Assembly: GCA_965220045.1 (NCBI GenBank)
Contig: OZ244803.1
Location: forward strand, 2,177,585-2,241,584
Length of the DNA: 64,000 nucleotides
Direction: 5' to 3'
From: Chloroflexota bacterium
GTDB lineage: Bacteria > Chloroflexota > UBA11872 > VXOZ01
Notes under the pieces: model-generated
What the model saw: only the letters and a program-made list of their open reading frames with translations
What the model was told of the DNA's origin: nothing
Databases searched by the model: none
Shown here: in pieces, positions 34,910-44,146 of the stretch
Position numbering within the stretch: position 1 is the stretch's first letter
Layout of the letters: every line of letters starts with the position of its first letter
Made by a program: the position numbers and the translations under genes

Positions 34910-36727
34910 CTACTCCATTGGCTCCAGCCAGATCGGGCTCGTCCACGCGCGGTTGCCGTCCACCTGCCGCACCCGCAGGTAGCAATAGTTGGCGCCTACC
35001 GGCGAAAAACGCACCGGCACGTCGTCTTCCAACTGCGCGTGCTGCCCCTTCGGTGTATAGCTCTTGGCCGTATCGCCGTTTACGACCAGGTCAATTTGCT
35101 CGATGTCTGTCGTGCCGACCACGTCGGCGGTGAAGGCAAAGCGGTCGGCCTGCACCGTTGATCCCACCCACGCGCCGTTCACGCGGAAGTCCACGACTAT
35201 GCGCACGCCGGTGGTGGCGTAGCAGCGCCGGTTGAAGAGCGCATCAAATAGGGTGGGACGGTCCAGCCGCTCCGCCCACACGCCCGTCAGACCGGCCGGG
35301 CCGGACGGTCCCGGCTCCTTGTAGGGATTGGCCGGGCGGTTGTCGTGGGTATCGCTGCCGCTGACGATGCCGAGCTTGACGCCCCGCATCAGGAATTGGT
35401 TAATCTTCTCTTCTTCGGTGACGCCGTCGGTCTGCTGCTTCTGGTAGATCTCGGCCAGGTGTTCCTGCACGTAGAAATGCGTGTGAAAGTGTCCGTGTAT
35501 GAGCGCGCCGCGCCGCTTCATCTCGCGGTAGAACTCCAGGTAGTCTTGGCAGTAGACGGTATCGGGATGATAGCGCGCGTGGAGCTTGGGATCGTTGGCG
35601 GCGGGGCGGTCTTCACAAAAGACCGGCGGCTGGCCCTCCGGCGCGGGCAAGAAGCCATGACGGTGGCTGCCGTCGGGACCGGTGGCGAATTCCGCCGACG
35701 GCAAGGCGACAAACTCGCCCGGCAGGTCGTATTGGCGCCAGGCATCCTGCAATTCGTCCCAAATCTCCTCGATGCAAATGCTGTACGAAAAGAGTTGACC
35801 CCCGGCAAAGTCGAGCGCATTCACGTCCTTGCCCCAGGCAAAGTGCTCAACGATTGGCCGTTGGTTGAAGAGCATGCCGTGGGGATCGCCCCAATAGAGG
35901 GTGTATGGAGACGTATCCGCATCGACCCGCACCGGATTGCTGGCGGCCTCGATCTCGCCATATGACGCAGTAACATGACCGACGGAACCCGTGAGCGGCA
36001 ATGTTCCTTCCGCGCTGAACGAATTGAGCGCGGCTGTGGTCTCACCATTGGCAGTCTGCAGGCACACTTCTCCTTTGGCGTCACGTACGGGATTGCCATA
36101 GCGGTCGGTAACGACCACCCGCGTCTTCGCTTCTTTCGTTGAATAGGATGGGGTAGTCACCTGCAAGGCGGCGGGCTCGGCAGCAGTGATGGTTAGTGGA
36201 TTGCTTTCCAACACCGAAAGTTCCGCCGCCCGCGGCAGGAAGTAGTGATACTTGTCGCGATCGGGATGGTAGAGCGAGAGCGCACCTGCGGGATCTTCCA
36301 CCAGCCAGAAGTAGAATGCGTCAATAGCGTTCACCGGCAGCAGAAAACCATCCGGTGCGGTCCGCAATTGAATTGCGATACTCTCACCTTCCGCCACGTT
36401 ACCGCCGGCGCACTTTACGTGCACCGCGTGCAGGAACTCAGGAGCAGGGGGATGAATGTCGAACGTGCGCACCTGGCGTCCGTCCATCAACCCCTCAGCC
36501 TCCCAGGAAGTGCTCTCCGGACCGCTTACGGTTATGCCATTTGCCGAATCATATATATGTTTGCGGTCGCCAAACTGCCGGATGTCGTAGAAGATCCAGA
36601 GATTACCTCCAGTCTGGAATCCACCCGCAGGCGGCGAGTACTTTATCTCCAGCGGCACGGTTTCTCCAACCTGCAACGTCCCTTCCGCGCTCACTCGAAA
36701 CCGTCCGCTGGTATCCGCTGGCATGGT
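34910..36727 (-). CDS. DUF3604-family protein, paralog 2 of 3
   Basis: Start chosen at MPADTSGRFRVSAEGTLQVGETV… (ATG ~36727), paralleling MSAEVNGRFRVSVEG… of paralog 1. The track ORF to 36904 is an extension. Much of its length is closely similar to paralog 1 (…YTLYWGDPHGMLFNQRP…HGHFHTHFYVQEHLAEIYQKQ…GIVSGSDTHDNRPANPYKEPGP…). Confidence 0.55.
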   Translation of the reverse strand, partial: TMPADTSGRFRVSAEGTLQVGETVPLEIKYSPPAGGFQTGGNLWIFYDIRQFGDRKHIYDSANGITVSGPESTSWEAEGLMDGRQVRTFDIHPPAPEFLHAVHVKCAGGNVAEGESIAIQLRTAPDGFLLPVNAIDAFYFWLVEDPAGALSLYHPDRDKYHYFLPRAAELSVLESNPLTITAAEPAALQVTTPSYSTKEAKTRVVVTDRYGNPVRDAKGEVCLQTANGETTAALNSFSAEGTLPLTGSVGHVTASYGEIEAASNPVRVDADTSPYTLYWGDPHGMLFNQRPIVEHFAWGKDVNALDFAGGQLFSYSICIEEIWDELQDAWRQYDLPGEFVALPSAEFATGPDGSHRHGFLPAPEGQPPVFCEDRPAANDPKLHARYHPDTVYCQDYLEFYREMKRRGALIHGHFHTHFYVQEHLAEIYQKQQTDGVTEEEKINQFLMRGVKLGIVSGSDTHDNRPANPYKEPGPSGPAGLTGVWAERLDRPTLFDALFNRRCYATTGVRIVVDFRVNGAWVGSTVQADRFAFTADVVGTTDIEQIDLVVNGDTAKSYTPKGQHAQLEDDVPVRFSPVGANYCYLRVRQVDGNRAWTSPIWLEPME

Positions 36728-36918
36728 TGGCTGCCACCTTTCGTTTGACTGCTTGAGTAACCGCGAATTCGGCGCTATGGCTTTGCGGTATCGTATCACA
36801 GCATGCGGCATGGCGTTCTTAGCATTTGCCCGTAGGGGCGGTTCGCGAACCGCCCCTACGCAGGATTGCATGCCCACGCTTGAAGACATGCAGGTACAAC
36901 GCAAGCAAGAAGGAGAAG

Positions 36919-37151
36919 ATGGATTCCCGTTTTCACGGGAATGACGGAGTCAATCGTGCTGTTTTCACGGTATTCACCATGGCCGTGCTCAGGCCGCACT
37001 AGCGCATGTCGGGCCGCACTAGTGAATGAGAGTGAGAAGACGACTCCTTGTCCGTCACGCGTTTGTTGAAGAAGGCGTGCAAATGGGCGAAGGTAAGAGG
37101 GTAGCGCGAGGGGCGCGTCGTCCGTCATTCCCGCGCACGCGGGAATCCATC
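36919..37151. repeat. Intergenic pair of SFPRKRESI-type palindromes (36919-36946 reverse variant; 37123-37151) flanking a ~170-bp spacer
   Basis: ggattcccgttttcacgggaatgacgg and ccgtcattcccgcgcacgcgggaatccatcttc. Confidence 0.65.
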
Positions 37152-37303
37152 TTCTCTGTTCACGCCTTGGAGTCCTCGCCCCCGCGCGGGGGCGCGCTTT
37201 CGCCGGAATTTCGGTGGTCAGCGGTCTATTTTCATGGCAATGACGGACTGCATTGCCACGAAAACTCAGTCGTCGTGCCTGGAATCCTCATGGTGAAGAA
37301 GGC

Positions 37304-38854
37304 CTAGAACACACGGCGCGCATCTTCGATCCAAATGGGACTCGACCACGCCATCTCGCCATCTTCTTGATTCACGCGCACGTAGTACCAGTCGGCCCGG
37401 TCTTGCGGCATCTCAATCTCATCCAGCAGAAAGACGCATTCCCAGCCGGGACTCTCAACCACGTGCCAGACCTGGTTGTTCTTGACAACTACCACTTTAG
37501 ATAGCGGTGCCGTGCCGTGAACGCGCACGCGCATCTGCTGGGGAGGAGACTGGACGCTGATGATCTCGCCCATGGGCTGGTTGTCTACGTCGAAATCGAG
37601 ATAGATGCGGACGCCGGTCGTACCGATAGTGCGACGTTGCCAGAGTGAACTGAACATTGCGTCGCGCTCACGGCGCCGGGACCAAGTGCCGGTCATGCCG
37701 GCGTGGTGGTTGAAAGTAGTGCTCTTGATGGGCAGGTGCGCGATCTGCACGCTGCTGGTAGCGCGGCCGTCGTGGCTCTCGCTGCCGCCCACGAACCCAA
37801 AGCGGAAGCCCTGCCGCAAGCCGTCCTGCAGGAAGTGTCCGGTAGCCTCGTAGGGCGGGTATTCGGCATGGGGCTCATCCCATTGCGTGCGCTCGTTGCG
37901 GGCCTTCAGCGCATACGGCTCGCCCTCGTGCTCGCTGCTGCCCCAGTGGCTATAGACCTCCATGAGGCGCTCGAATTCCGGGTCCATGCTTTCCCAGTTG
38001 TGCCAAATGCGGTTTCCCAGGCGCGCCGGGTGGTGGGGGATCGAGAGAATGTCTCTGCCCGTGCGGGAGAGGCTGCGAAAGACATTGAAGAGGTCCTGCG
38101 GCGTGTTCGATCCTTTCCAGTTGCTGGAGATGAGCGGCATGTCCCCGTGGCGGAAAATCACGTTGCGGTGGCCGCAGTCGGCGTCCGGGCCCCGGTTCCA
38201 GGACCATTCGTAGCCGAGCAACGTCACAAACCGCTCCGGCTGGTTGTAGTATTCCGCTCCCTCTTGGATTTCGCGCCATTCGTCCGTGCTTAGCGCGTAA
38301 TCGTGGTCCGTCAGCGCCGTAAAGTCCAGATGCACCACGTCCCGTGCGAAGCGGTAGACCTCGTCCACGGTCGCCGGCCCGTAGCTCCACAGCAGCGGAT
38401 CTGCGCGCTTGCGGCTGGGGTTCTCCAAGCGATGACAATGCAAGTCTCCCCAATAGAGTTTGTGATCGCCACGGTAAAGGAATGCGGGCGCCCAGGCCGG
38501 ATTGCTGAGGGCCTCGATGCCGGTTGCACGGTCACGCGCCCGCACGCGGAAGACCCGGTCCTTCTCGGCTACGCGGCCCCGTACGGCGTAGTGGCTGTCG
38601 TACTGCGGCAGCATGGGCACGGCGGACTGCACCTCGCCGGCAGCGCCTTCCAAAGTAAGCTCCAAGTGGGCGCTTTGCTTGGGCAGATGGAATCCCCATT
38701 GGTCCCGCAGTTCAAGACCAATCTTGAATCCGCCATCACTTGCATCCGGCGGCACGATGCTGGGCACGGTCACGCGAATTTCCGCCAACTCCGGCGTGCC
38801 TTGGTAGTCCAGTGGCAGCCGGATGAGGTTCGTGTCAAATTCCGCGGCGCTCAT
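37304..38854 (-). CDS. DUF3604-family protein, paralog 3 of 3 (more divergent; retains full HxH)
   Basis: Start MSAAEFDTNLIRLPL… at 38854 with GGGAGGAG immediately upstream. …HKLYWGDLHCHRLENPS… (intact H-x-H), …FTALTDHDYAL…, …FGFVGGSESHDGRAT… . The 560-aa track ORF is an N-terminal extension. Confidence 0.55.
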   Translation of the reverse strand: MSAAEFDTNLIRLPLDYQGTPELAEIRVTVPSIVPPDASDGGFKIGLELRDQWGFHLPKQSAHLELTLEGAAGEVQSAVPMLPQYDSHYAVRGRVAEKDRVFRVRARDRATGIEALSNPAWAPAFLYRGDHKLYWGDLHCHRLENPSRKRADPLLWSYGPATVDEVYRFARDVVHLDFTALTDHDYALSTDEWREIQEGAEYYNQPERFVTLLGYEWSWNRGPDADCGHRNVIFRHGDMPLISSNWKGSNTPQDLFNVFRSLSRTGRDILSIPHHPARLGNRIWHNWESMDPEFERLMEVYSHWGSSEHEGEPYALKARNERTQWDEPHAEYPPYEATGHFLQDGLRQGFRFGFVGGSESHDGRATSSVQIAHLPIKSTTFNHHAGMTGTWSRRRERDAMFSSLWQRRTIGTTGVRIYLDFDVDNQPMGEIISVQSPPQQMRVRVHGTAPLSKVVVVKNNQVWHVVESPGWECVFLLDEIEMPQDRADWYYVRVNQEDGEMAWSSPIWIEDARRVF

Positions 38855-39051
38855 TATTGCGCTCCTCCCAAAATCTAAGAACCGCAATTGAGATTGTGCC
38901 CAACAAGGATCTGTTGTTTCAGGTTGTTGACAAGAATGATAGAGCACCCAGCACACCCACCGAAAGGCGAGGTACTGGGTGCTCAATTGCTACCGTCACA
39001 GCGGGCGCGCCTGCGCCGCAACGCCTGCGCGAGCCCGCCTAGCGTTCTACA

Positions 39052-40416
39052 CTACTCGCGTGCCAGCCACTCGTCGAGCACCGTCTGCGCCTGAGCCTCT
39101 GTATTGCGCAGGCCTTCCTCGATGGTGGTCTTGCCGGTGAGCATGTCGGGCACGCCGCCGCTCATGATGCCGAGCATCTCGTTGGCGCCGGGCGCCGAGA
39201 CCACGAAGCGCCGCCCTTCCATGACGTCCACCTGGTGGATGACGAACGGATCGCCGCCGTGGTAGGCCTCACTGTACGACGTGTCGACACGGATGGGCAG
39301 CCGGTCGAAGTGCTTGGCCCAGCGGATGTTGACACTATCGTCGCCGAAGTGCTCCATGAATGTCCAGGCCACGTCCTTATGGGTCGCGCCCACGGGCAAC
39401 ACCCACGTGTGGCAACCGCCATAGGTGCGGTTGAATCCGTCGGCGGGCTTGGGCCAGTGCCCCCAGTGGTACTCGAGGTCCGGCGCTTCCTTGGCAATGC
39501 TCTCAAACCGGATGGAGCCGGTGTCATAGAGGTTTGCCAGACGGCTGGCGTAGAAGTGTGCGCGGGCGTTTTCATCGCCCTTGAACTCCTGAAGCGCGTC
39601 GTAGCCGCCCTGCATGTCGTGCACCTTCTTCAGCCACGCCATGCCCTCGCGGCCTTCCTCGGTGTTGAGCGTAATCTTCGTAGCATCCGCATTGATGTTC
39701 TCGCCGCCGAGTTGCCACATCGGCACCATCCACACGTGGCGGTTGGCCCACAACGGACCCCACGCCACCTGCTCGATGGTATTGCCGCCTTTGAACGACT
39801 TGGAGATTACATCCTCCAAGTCCGTCCACGTCACCGGCGGGTTCTCCGGGTCGAGGCCCGCGTCCAGGTAGAGATTGTCGTGGATGTAGAAGAAGCGCAC
39901 GTCGGGACCGAAGGGCATGCTCCACACCTGGCCCTTGTGGTCCATGTCGATACGTAGTGAAGGCCAGATGTCGTCCTTGTTGATAACGGGAGACTGAGCG
40001 TAGTAGCTCTCCAAGCTGTCAACAATGCCGCCGGCCGCCACCTGCTGGTTCTGCCAGACGCCCACCTGACCGATGTCAGGCGAGGTTCCCGCGGCCTGCG
40101 CCGCGATCAAGATGGTGAAACGATTGCCTTCCGGGATGAGGTCCTTAACGGTAAGTCCCTCCACCAAGGCCTCAATCTCCTGCTTGACCTCCAGGCCCAA
40201 ACCCTGGGAGAGGTCCCAGCGCCGGGTCGTCCACACTTCCAGTTCAACCGCTTCAGCCGCAGCCGGTTGTGCTTCCTGCTCTTTCGGCGCCTCTTCCTCA
40301 TCCGGGGCATCCGCCATTTCCATGGGGGCGGCCTGGCCGCAGGCTACGAATAGTGCCCCCGCCGCGGTGACGCCAACGCCGCCGAGAAAGGTGCGTCTCA
40401 AAATGCGATCTTCCAT
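39052..40416 (-). CDS. ABC transporter extracellular solute-binding lipoprotein (family 1) with twin-arginine signal
   Basis: MEDRILRRTFLGGVGVTAAGALFVACGQ… (RR motif + lipobox Cys), acidic linker, then sugar-SBP-like body. ATG at 40416 confirmed. Confidence 0.8.
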   Translation of the reverse strand: MEDRILRRTFLGGVGVTAAGALFVACGQAAPMEMADAPDEEEAPKEQEAQPAAAEAVELEVWTTRRWDLSQGLGLEVKQEIEALVEGLTVKDLIPEGNRFTILIAAQAAGTSPDIGQVGVWQNQQVAAGGIVDSLESYYAQSPVINKDDIWPSLRIDMDHKGQVWSMPFGPDVRFFYIHDNLYLDAGLDPENPPVTWTDLEDVISKSFKGGNTIEQVAWGPLWANRHVWMVPMWQLGGENINADATKITLNTEEGREGMAWLKKVHDMQGGYDALQEFKGDENARAHFYASRLANLYDTGSIRFESIAKEAPDLEYHWGHWPKPADGFNRTYGGCHTWVLPVGATHKDVAWTFMEHFGDDSVNIRWAKHFDRLPIRVDTSYSEAYHGGDPFVIHQVDVMEGRRFVVSAPGANEMLGIMSGGVPDMLTGKTTIEEGLRNTEAQAQTVLDEWLARE

Positions 40417-40564
40417 AGTCCTCTCCTCCAGAAAGGTAAAACATCCAATGAGCTCTCACATAGAAGATAGTCGTATCTCTTGGACTTGGCAACCGCAGAG
40501 GTCCTTGCTTCTCTATACTTAGATGAATGAAGTGTCTCAGGGAACGCGCAAAGCGAAATTAACC

Positions 40565-41356
40565 ATGGCGGAATGGCGCTACGCAAAGCTGACCTGGCCG
40601 GAAGTGCGAGAGGCAGCAAAAGAAAAGAAGGCGATACTGCTGCCGGTGGCGGCAATTGAGCAGCACGGCCCGCATCTGCCGATAGATACGGACAATGTGG
40701 CTGCTCTAGCCGTGTGCGAGCGCGCGGCGCAGGCCGCGCCGGATAAAATCCTTTGCGCGCCGCCGATCCACTACGGCTTCAACGAGCACAACATGGACTT
40801 TCCCGGCACGATTACAGTGCAGGCACAGCACTTCATCGACTACTGCTACGACGTGGCCGTGAGCTTCGCGCATCACGGCTTCCCCATCATTCTCTTTGTG
40901 AACGGGCACGCTTCCAACGACCCGCTGCTGCAAGTCTCCGCCCGCCTGGCCACGCTGCATTCAGATGCGGCGTGCGCCCTCGTCTCATACTGGGACCTAG
41001 CCAAGGACGACGCAGCAGAGTGGCGCGAATCCGAGTACCCCGGCGGCATGGACCACGCAGGCGAATTCGAGACGTCGCTCTACCTGGCGCTCGATCCGAA
41101 GCGGGTGCAGACGGACAAGGCTAAGGCCGATTACCGTGTGCGCACCAAGTGGCACTACCGCGACCTGATGGGCGGCTCGCCGGTAAAGTACGTGGACCAC
41201 CTCAGCAGGATGTCAAAAGACGGCACCGGCGGCGATCCCACGCTCGGCGCGGCCTGGAAAGGCGAGCGCATATTGGAGACAGTGAGCAAAGCCATCGTCG
41301 AGGTCGTTGACGATCTTTGCAAGCTGCCCTACGGCCCGCGCGTAGACCACCACTGA
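40565..41356 (+). CDS. creatininase-family amidohydrolase (creatinine amidohydrolase / MftE-like)
   Basis: …LLPVAAIEQHGPHLPIDTDNV… and …ILFVNGHASN…, …GMDHAGEFETSLYL… match the metal-binding blocks of the creatininase fold. Start at ATG 40565 (263 aa); no clear RBS. Confidence 0.7.
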   Translation: MAEWRYAKLTWPEVREAAKEKKAILLPVAAIEQHGPHLPIDTDNVAALAVCERAAQAAPDKILCAPPIHYGFNEHNMDFPGTITVQAQHFIDYCYDVAVSFAHHGFPIILFVNGHASNDPLLQVSARLATLHSDAACALVSYWDLAKDDAAEWRESEYPGGMDHAGEFETSLYLALDPKRVQTDKAKADYRVRTKWHYRDLMGGSPVKYVDHLSRMSKDGTGGDPTLGAAWKGERILETVSKAIVEVVDDLCKLPYGPRVDHH

Positions 41357-41397
41357 GGCGCGCGTTCAAGGGGCCGATGTGCCTGCGCAATGAGCGC

Positions 41398-42663
41398 CTA
41401 TGAAAGTACCTCGTTGACCAATGCCAGCCCTGCGTCAAGCCTTTGGGGCCAGTCGGGCGCAAGATGACGAATGGGATTGGTACAGACCCGAAAGATGCAG
41501 ACCGCCACTCGCAGATCGAGCGCCCGCTCATCCCAGCCAAATCGCTCCAATGCCGCGGCACGGAATTCATGGTAGCAAGCCCCGCTTGCTTGTGCCTCCG
41601 CCTCCCGTCCGAATCGGGCCGACCAATGCATGTGGGCGAGGAAATTGCCCACATCGAGCAAGGGGTCGCCGAGACCGGCCTCTTCGAAGTCCACCAGCGC
41701 AAGCCTGCCGTCGTAAACACGAATCATCTGGTCGTCATAGAAGTCGTTGTGCGCAACGGTTGCGGGCTCCCACGCCGTGGCAAAATCATCGAGCTCAGCG
41801 GTCGCATGCTTTAGCTTGCGGCGGGCCTCGTCATGGTCCCCAAGCACCTGCCGGAAGACGCGCCGGGCGCGACGGTATGCTCCATAGAGATTGAACGGGC
41901 GCACCCCGCTAGCGGGAACAGGCGCATCCCATAGCTGAGCCAGGTTTCCAAGGATTGGATCGAGGTCTGGTCGTTCTCCTCCGCGGATCAGCCTGCGCAC
42001 ATTGTTCCCCGGTATCTCAGACAACCAGACGACGCCTCCTTCCGGCCAGCATCCTGCCAATCGGGGAAGAACAAAGTCGGTGTGCTCTACAAGCTCTGCC
42101 GCGCCTATGAGTCGCGACACGCGTCGGGGCCGCATCACCCGCGCATAGAAACGCACTTGGCCGTGGCGATGGCGGAGCACGGCATGGCCGCCGGGTCTAT
42201 AGCGAACAAGACGCACCCGCACGCGCTGCACGGAAGACGCGAATACGTACTGATTGAGCAAATCGGAAGCAGCCACGGCAGCCGCGGCTTCCGCAAGTCC
42301 GGGCAAGTGGGGATCGTCCGGGTAGCAGTACAACCGGACCGGTTGGTCGCGCGCTAGTTCGATAGTGAACTGCCGCTGGGTAACGAACTCCCCCCATGGC
42401 CACTCGGCACTATAGGTAGCGATGGCACTGCGACCGGGATTGTAACTGAATTGACGGATGCGGAGGCGCTCGGGGCTATCATCCGCTGCACCCAGCCAAG
42501 CGCAATGGGTGTGCCAAACCCACTCAGGACAGAAGAGTTGGGGAAACTCCGGCAAGCCCCGATCACCGGGAAGCGCCGCATGCGGGGAAAGGAATGGCGC
42601 AGCAGCAAGGCCGGGCACGTCAGTCCCGACTCGCATTACCGCCGTCCATCCACGTTGCCCCAC
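41398..42663 (-). CDS. phosphotransferase (APH / choline-kinase / CotS-like) family protein
   Basis: Brenner-type catalytic block …TVAHNDFYDDQMIRVYDGRLALVDFEEAGLGDPLLD… (H-N-D…N…D-F-E/D). GTG start shares one nucleotide with the TAG stop of the upstream secreted-repeat-protein gene (TAGTG). Confidence 0.6.
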   Translation of the reverse strand: MGQRGWTAVMRVGTDVPGLAAAPFLSPHAALPGDRGLPEFPQLFCPEWVWHTHCAWLGAADDSPERLRIRQFSYNPGRSAIATYSAEWPWGEFVTQRQFTIELARDQPVRLYCYPDDPHLPGLAEAAAAVAASDLLNQYVFASSVQRVRVRLVRYRPGGHAVLRHRHGQVRFYARVMRPRRVSRLIGAAELVEHTDFVLPRLAGCWPEGGVVWLSEIPGNNVRRLIRGGERPDLDPILGNLAQLWDAPVPASGVRPFNLYGAYRRARRVFRQVLGDHDEARRKLKHATAELDDFATAWEPATVAHNDFYDDQMIRVYDGRLALVDFEEAGLGDPLLDVGNFLAHMHWSARFGREAEAQASGACYHEFRAAALERFGWDERALDLRVAVCIFRVCTNPIRHLAPDWPQRLDAGLALVNEVLS

Positions 42664-43751
42664 TAACCGCTGCTAATGTCATCACTCTCGTCATCTTCCG
42701 ATTCGGTTTCTAGAGGAGTGTCATCAGTTGGATCGGTGTTGGTAACCGTGACCGAAGTGCCGTCATCCGTGGCAGTCGCGGTGTCAGTGGCAGTCTGATC
42801 GCCGGTCGCTGTCGCCGTCGCGGTAGCCGTCGCCGTAGTAGTGGGCACGTTCTGACCGTCGGGTGTGTCGTCTGTATCCGTCTGCGTGACAGAAGTGCCG
42901 TCGTCTGTAGCTGTGGCGGTTGCGGTAGCCGTTTGGTCCCCGGTCCCTGTCGCCGTTGCGGTAGCCGTCGCCGTGTCAGTCGCAGTTGCCGTCAGGGAAT
43001 TCCCATTGGTTGGTGTATCGTCCGTCGCCGTTTGCGTAGCGGATGTGCCGTCGTCTGTCGCTGTTGCAGTAGCGGTTGCCGTCTGATCTCCCGTGGCCGT
43101 GGCGGTAGCAGTCGCGGTGTTGGTTGCGGTATCGTCATCCAAGTCATCTTCGTCGTCTTCGTCATCCAGTTTGTTGATCAAGCGTAAGAGAACCGCCTCC
43201 CTACTCGTGGGAGCCGCGGGATCTGTGCCCGGGGCCGGACTTGAAGGCGTCGTGGCCGGCTCGAGTGCTAGGCGCTGCAGACTAGCCACGGAAATTCCGT
43301 ACGCGGCCTCCCACGTTGGTGGATCAAGCACGAAATTCCCGTAGTTGCCGCTGTCGATACCAAATAACTCGACATCGCTCAAAGACTGAATGTGCAGCAA
43401 CTGGGGTTCCGTCCACTCCGTTTCCCACTTTGCCAGATAGATTGGATCGCCATCTTTCAGCATTCCAGTGGATAGCCATGGATCGCCGATATCCAAGACC
43501 TGGAGCTCTTCTAAGCTGACTGTTAGGCGCTTGTTCCAGTTTATGTGACGCCCCGCCAGAGCGCGCGTGTCACCGCCCCAATGCAGGATGCCCTCATCAT
43601 CCGCAAACCATAGGTGCGGAGTGCCCCTCAGTGAAATGACTGTGCCGTGGGGAAGCGTTTCCTCCGCCTGCACCCTGAGAGCCGGAGCTAGCGCGGCAAG
43701 CAGCAGGACAGCAATTGCTAGGACGCTTAAGGCGCGTTGGACGAATTTCAT
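42663..43751 (-). CDS. secreted protein with C-terminal Thr/Ala/Asp-rich tandem repeats
   Basis: Signal peptide MKFVQRALSVLAIAVLLLAALAPALRVQA. ~170-aa structured N-terminal part. Then three ~35-aa near-identical repeats (…TATATATATGDQTATATATATDDGTSVTQTDTDDTP…) and an acidic tail (…ETESEDDESDDISSG). The DNA shows the corresponding ~105-bp tandem repeats at ~42720-43130. Confidence 0.6.
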   Translation of the reverse strand: MKFVQRALSVLAIAVLLLAALAPALRVQAEETLPHGTVISLRGTPHLWFADDEGILHWGGDTRALAGRHINWNKRLTVSLEELQVLDIGDPWLSTGMLKDGDPIYLAKWETEWTEPQLLHIQSLSDVELFGIDSGNYGNFVLDPPTWEAAYGISVASLQRLALEPATTPSSPAPGTDPAAPTSREAVLLRLINKLDDEDDEDDLDDDTATNTATATATATGDQTATATATATDDGTSATQTATDDTPTNGNSLTATATDTATATATATGTGDQTATATATATDDGTSVTQTDTDDTPDGQNVPTTTATATATATATGDQTATDTATATDDGTSVTVTNTDPTDDTPLETESEDDESDDISSG

Positions 43752-43920
43752 GATTTTCAGCTATCTAGGCGCGAGTAAGGCACCACTATGTATGCAGTCT
43801 CGGAGCCTGTGTACGATCTTCTGAGAAGAAGGCCGCATAGCCGGTGGAAGCCGTTCGGGCTGAAGAATGCGCGAAGCCGCGGTCGAAGTATGAACGGCTG
43901 ATCGCCGGCCTAATGCGGAC

Positions 43921-43975
43921 CCTTTCACCTTGCGACAAGCCTGTATTGAGCTTGTCGCAGTGCTCAGGGCGAAGG
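43921..43975. repeat. LSLSKG-family hairpin repeat (reverse-orientation complete copy)
   Basis: cctttcaccttgcgacaagcctgtattgagcttgtcgcagtgctcagggcgaagg. Confidence 0.65.
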
Positions 43976-44146
43976 TTGCGCGCCCAGACAAGTCGATTGT
44001 AATCAGGCTCTTGAAGGAGGGTTACCCCCAACCTTCATTACACCCTATGATAGCCGAGGATTGACTGTCACAAAAGTAAACGTATCTAAACCGACATGCA
44101 GTGCCCGATACTGCTAGTAATGCGCCTTGAACCAGGTGCTGTATGC

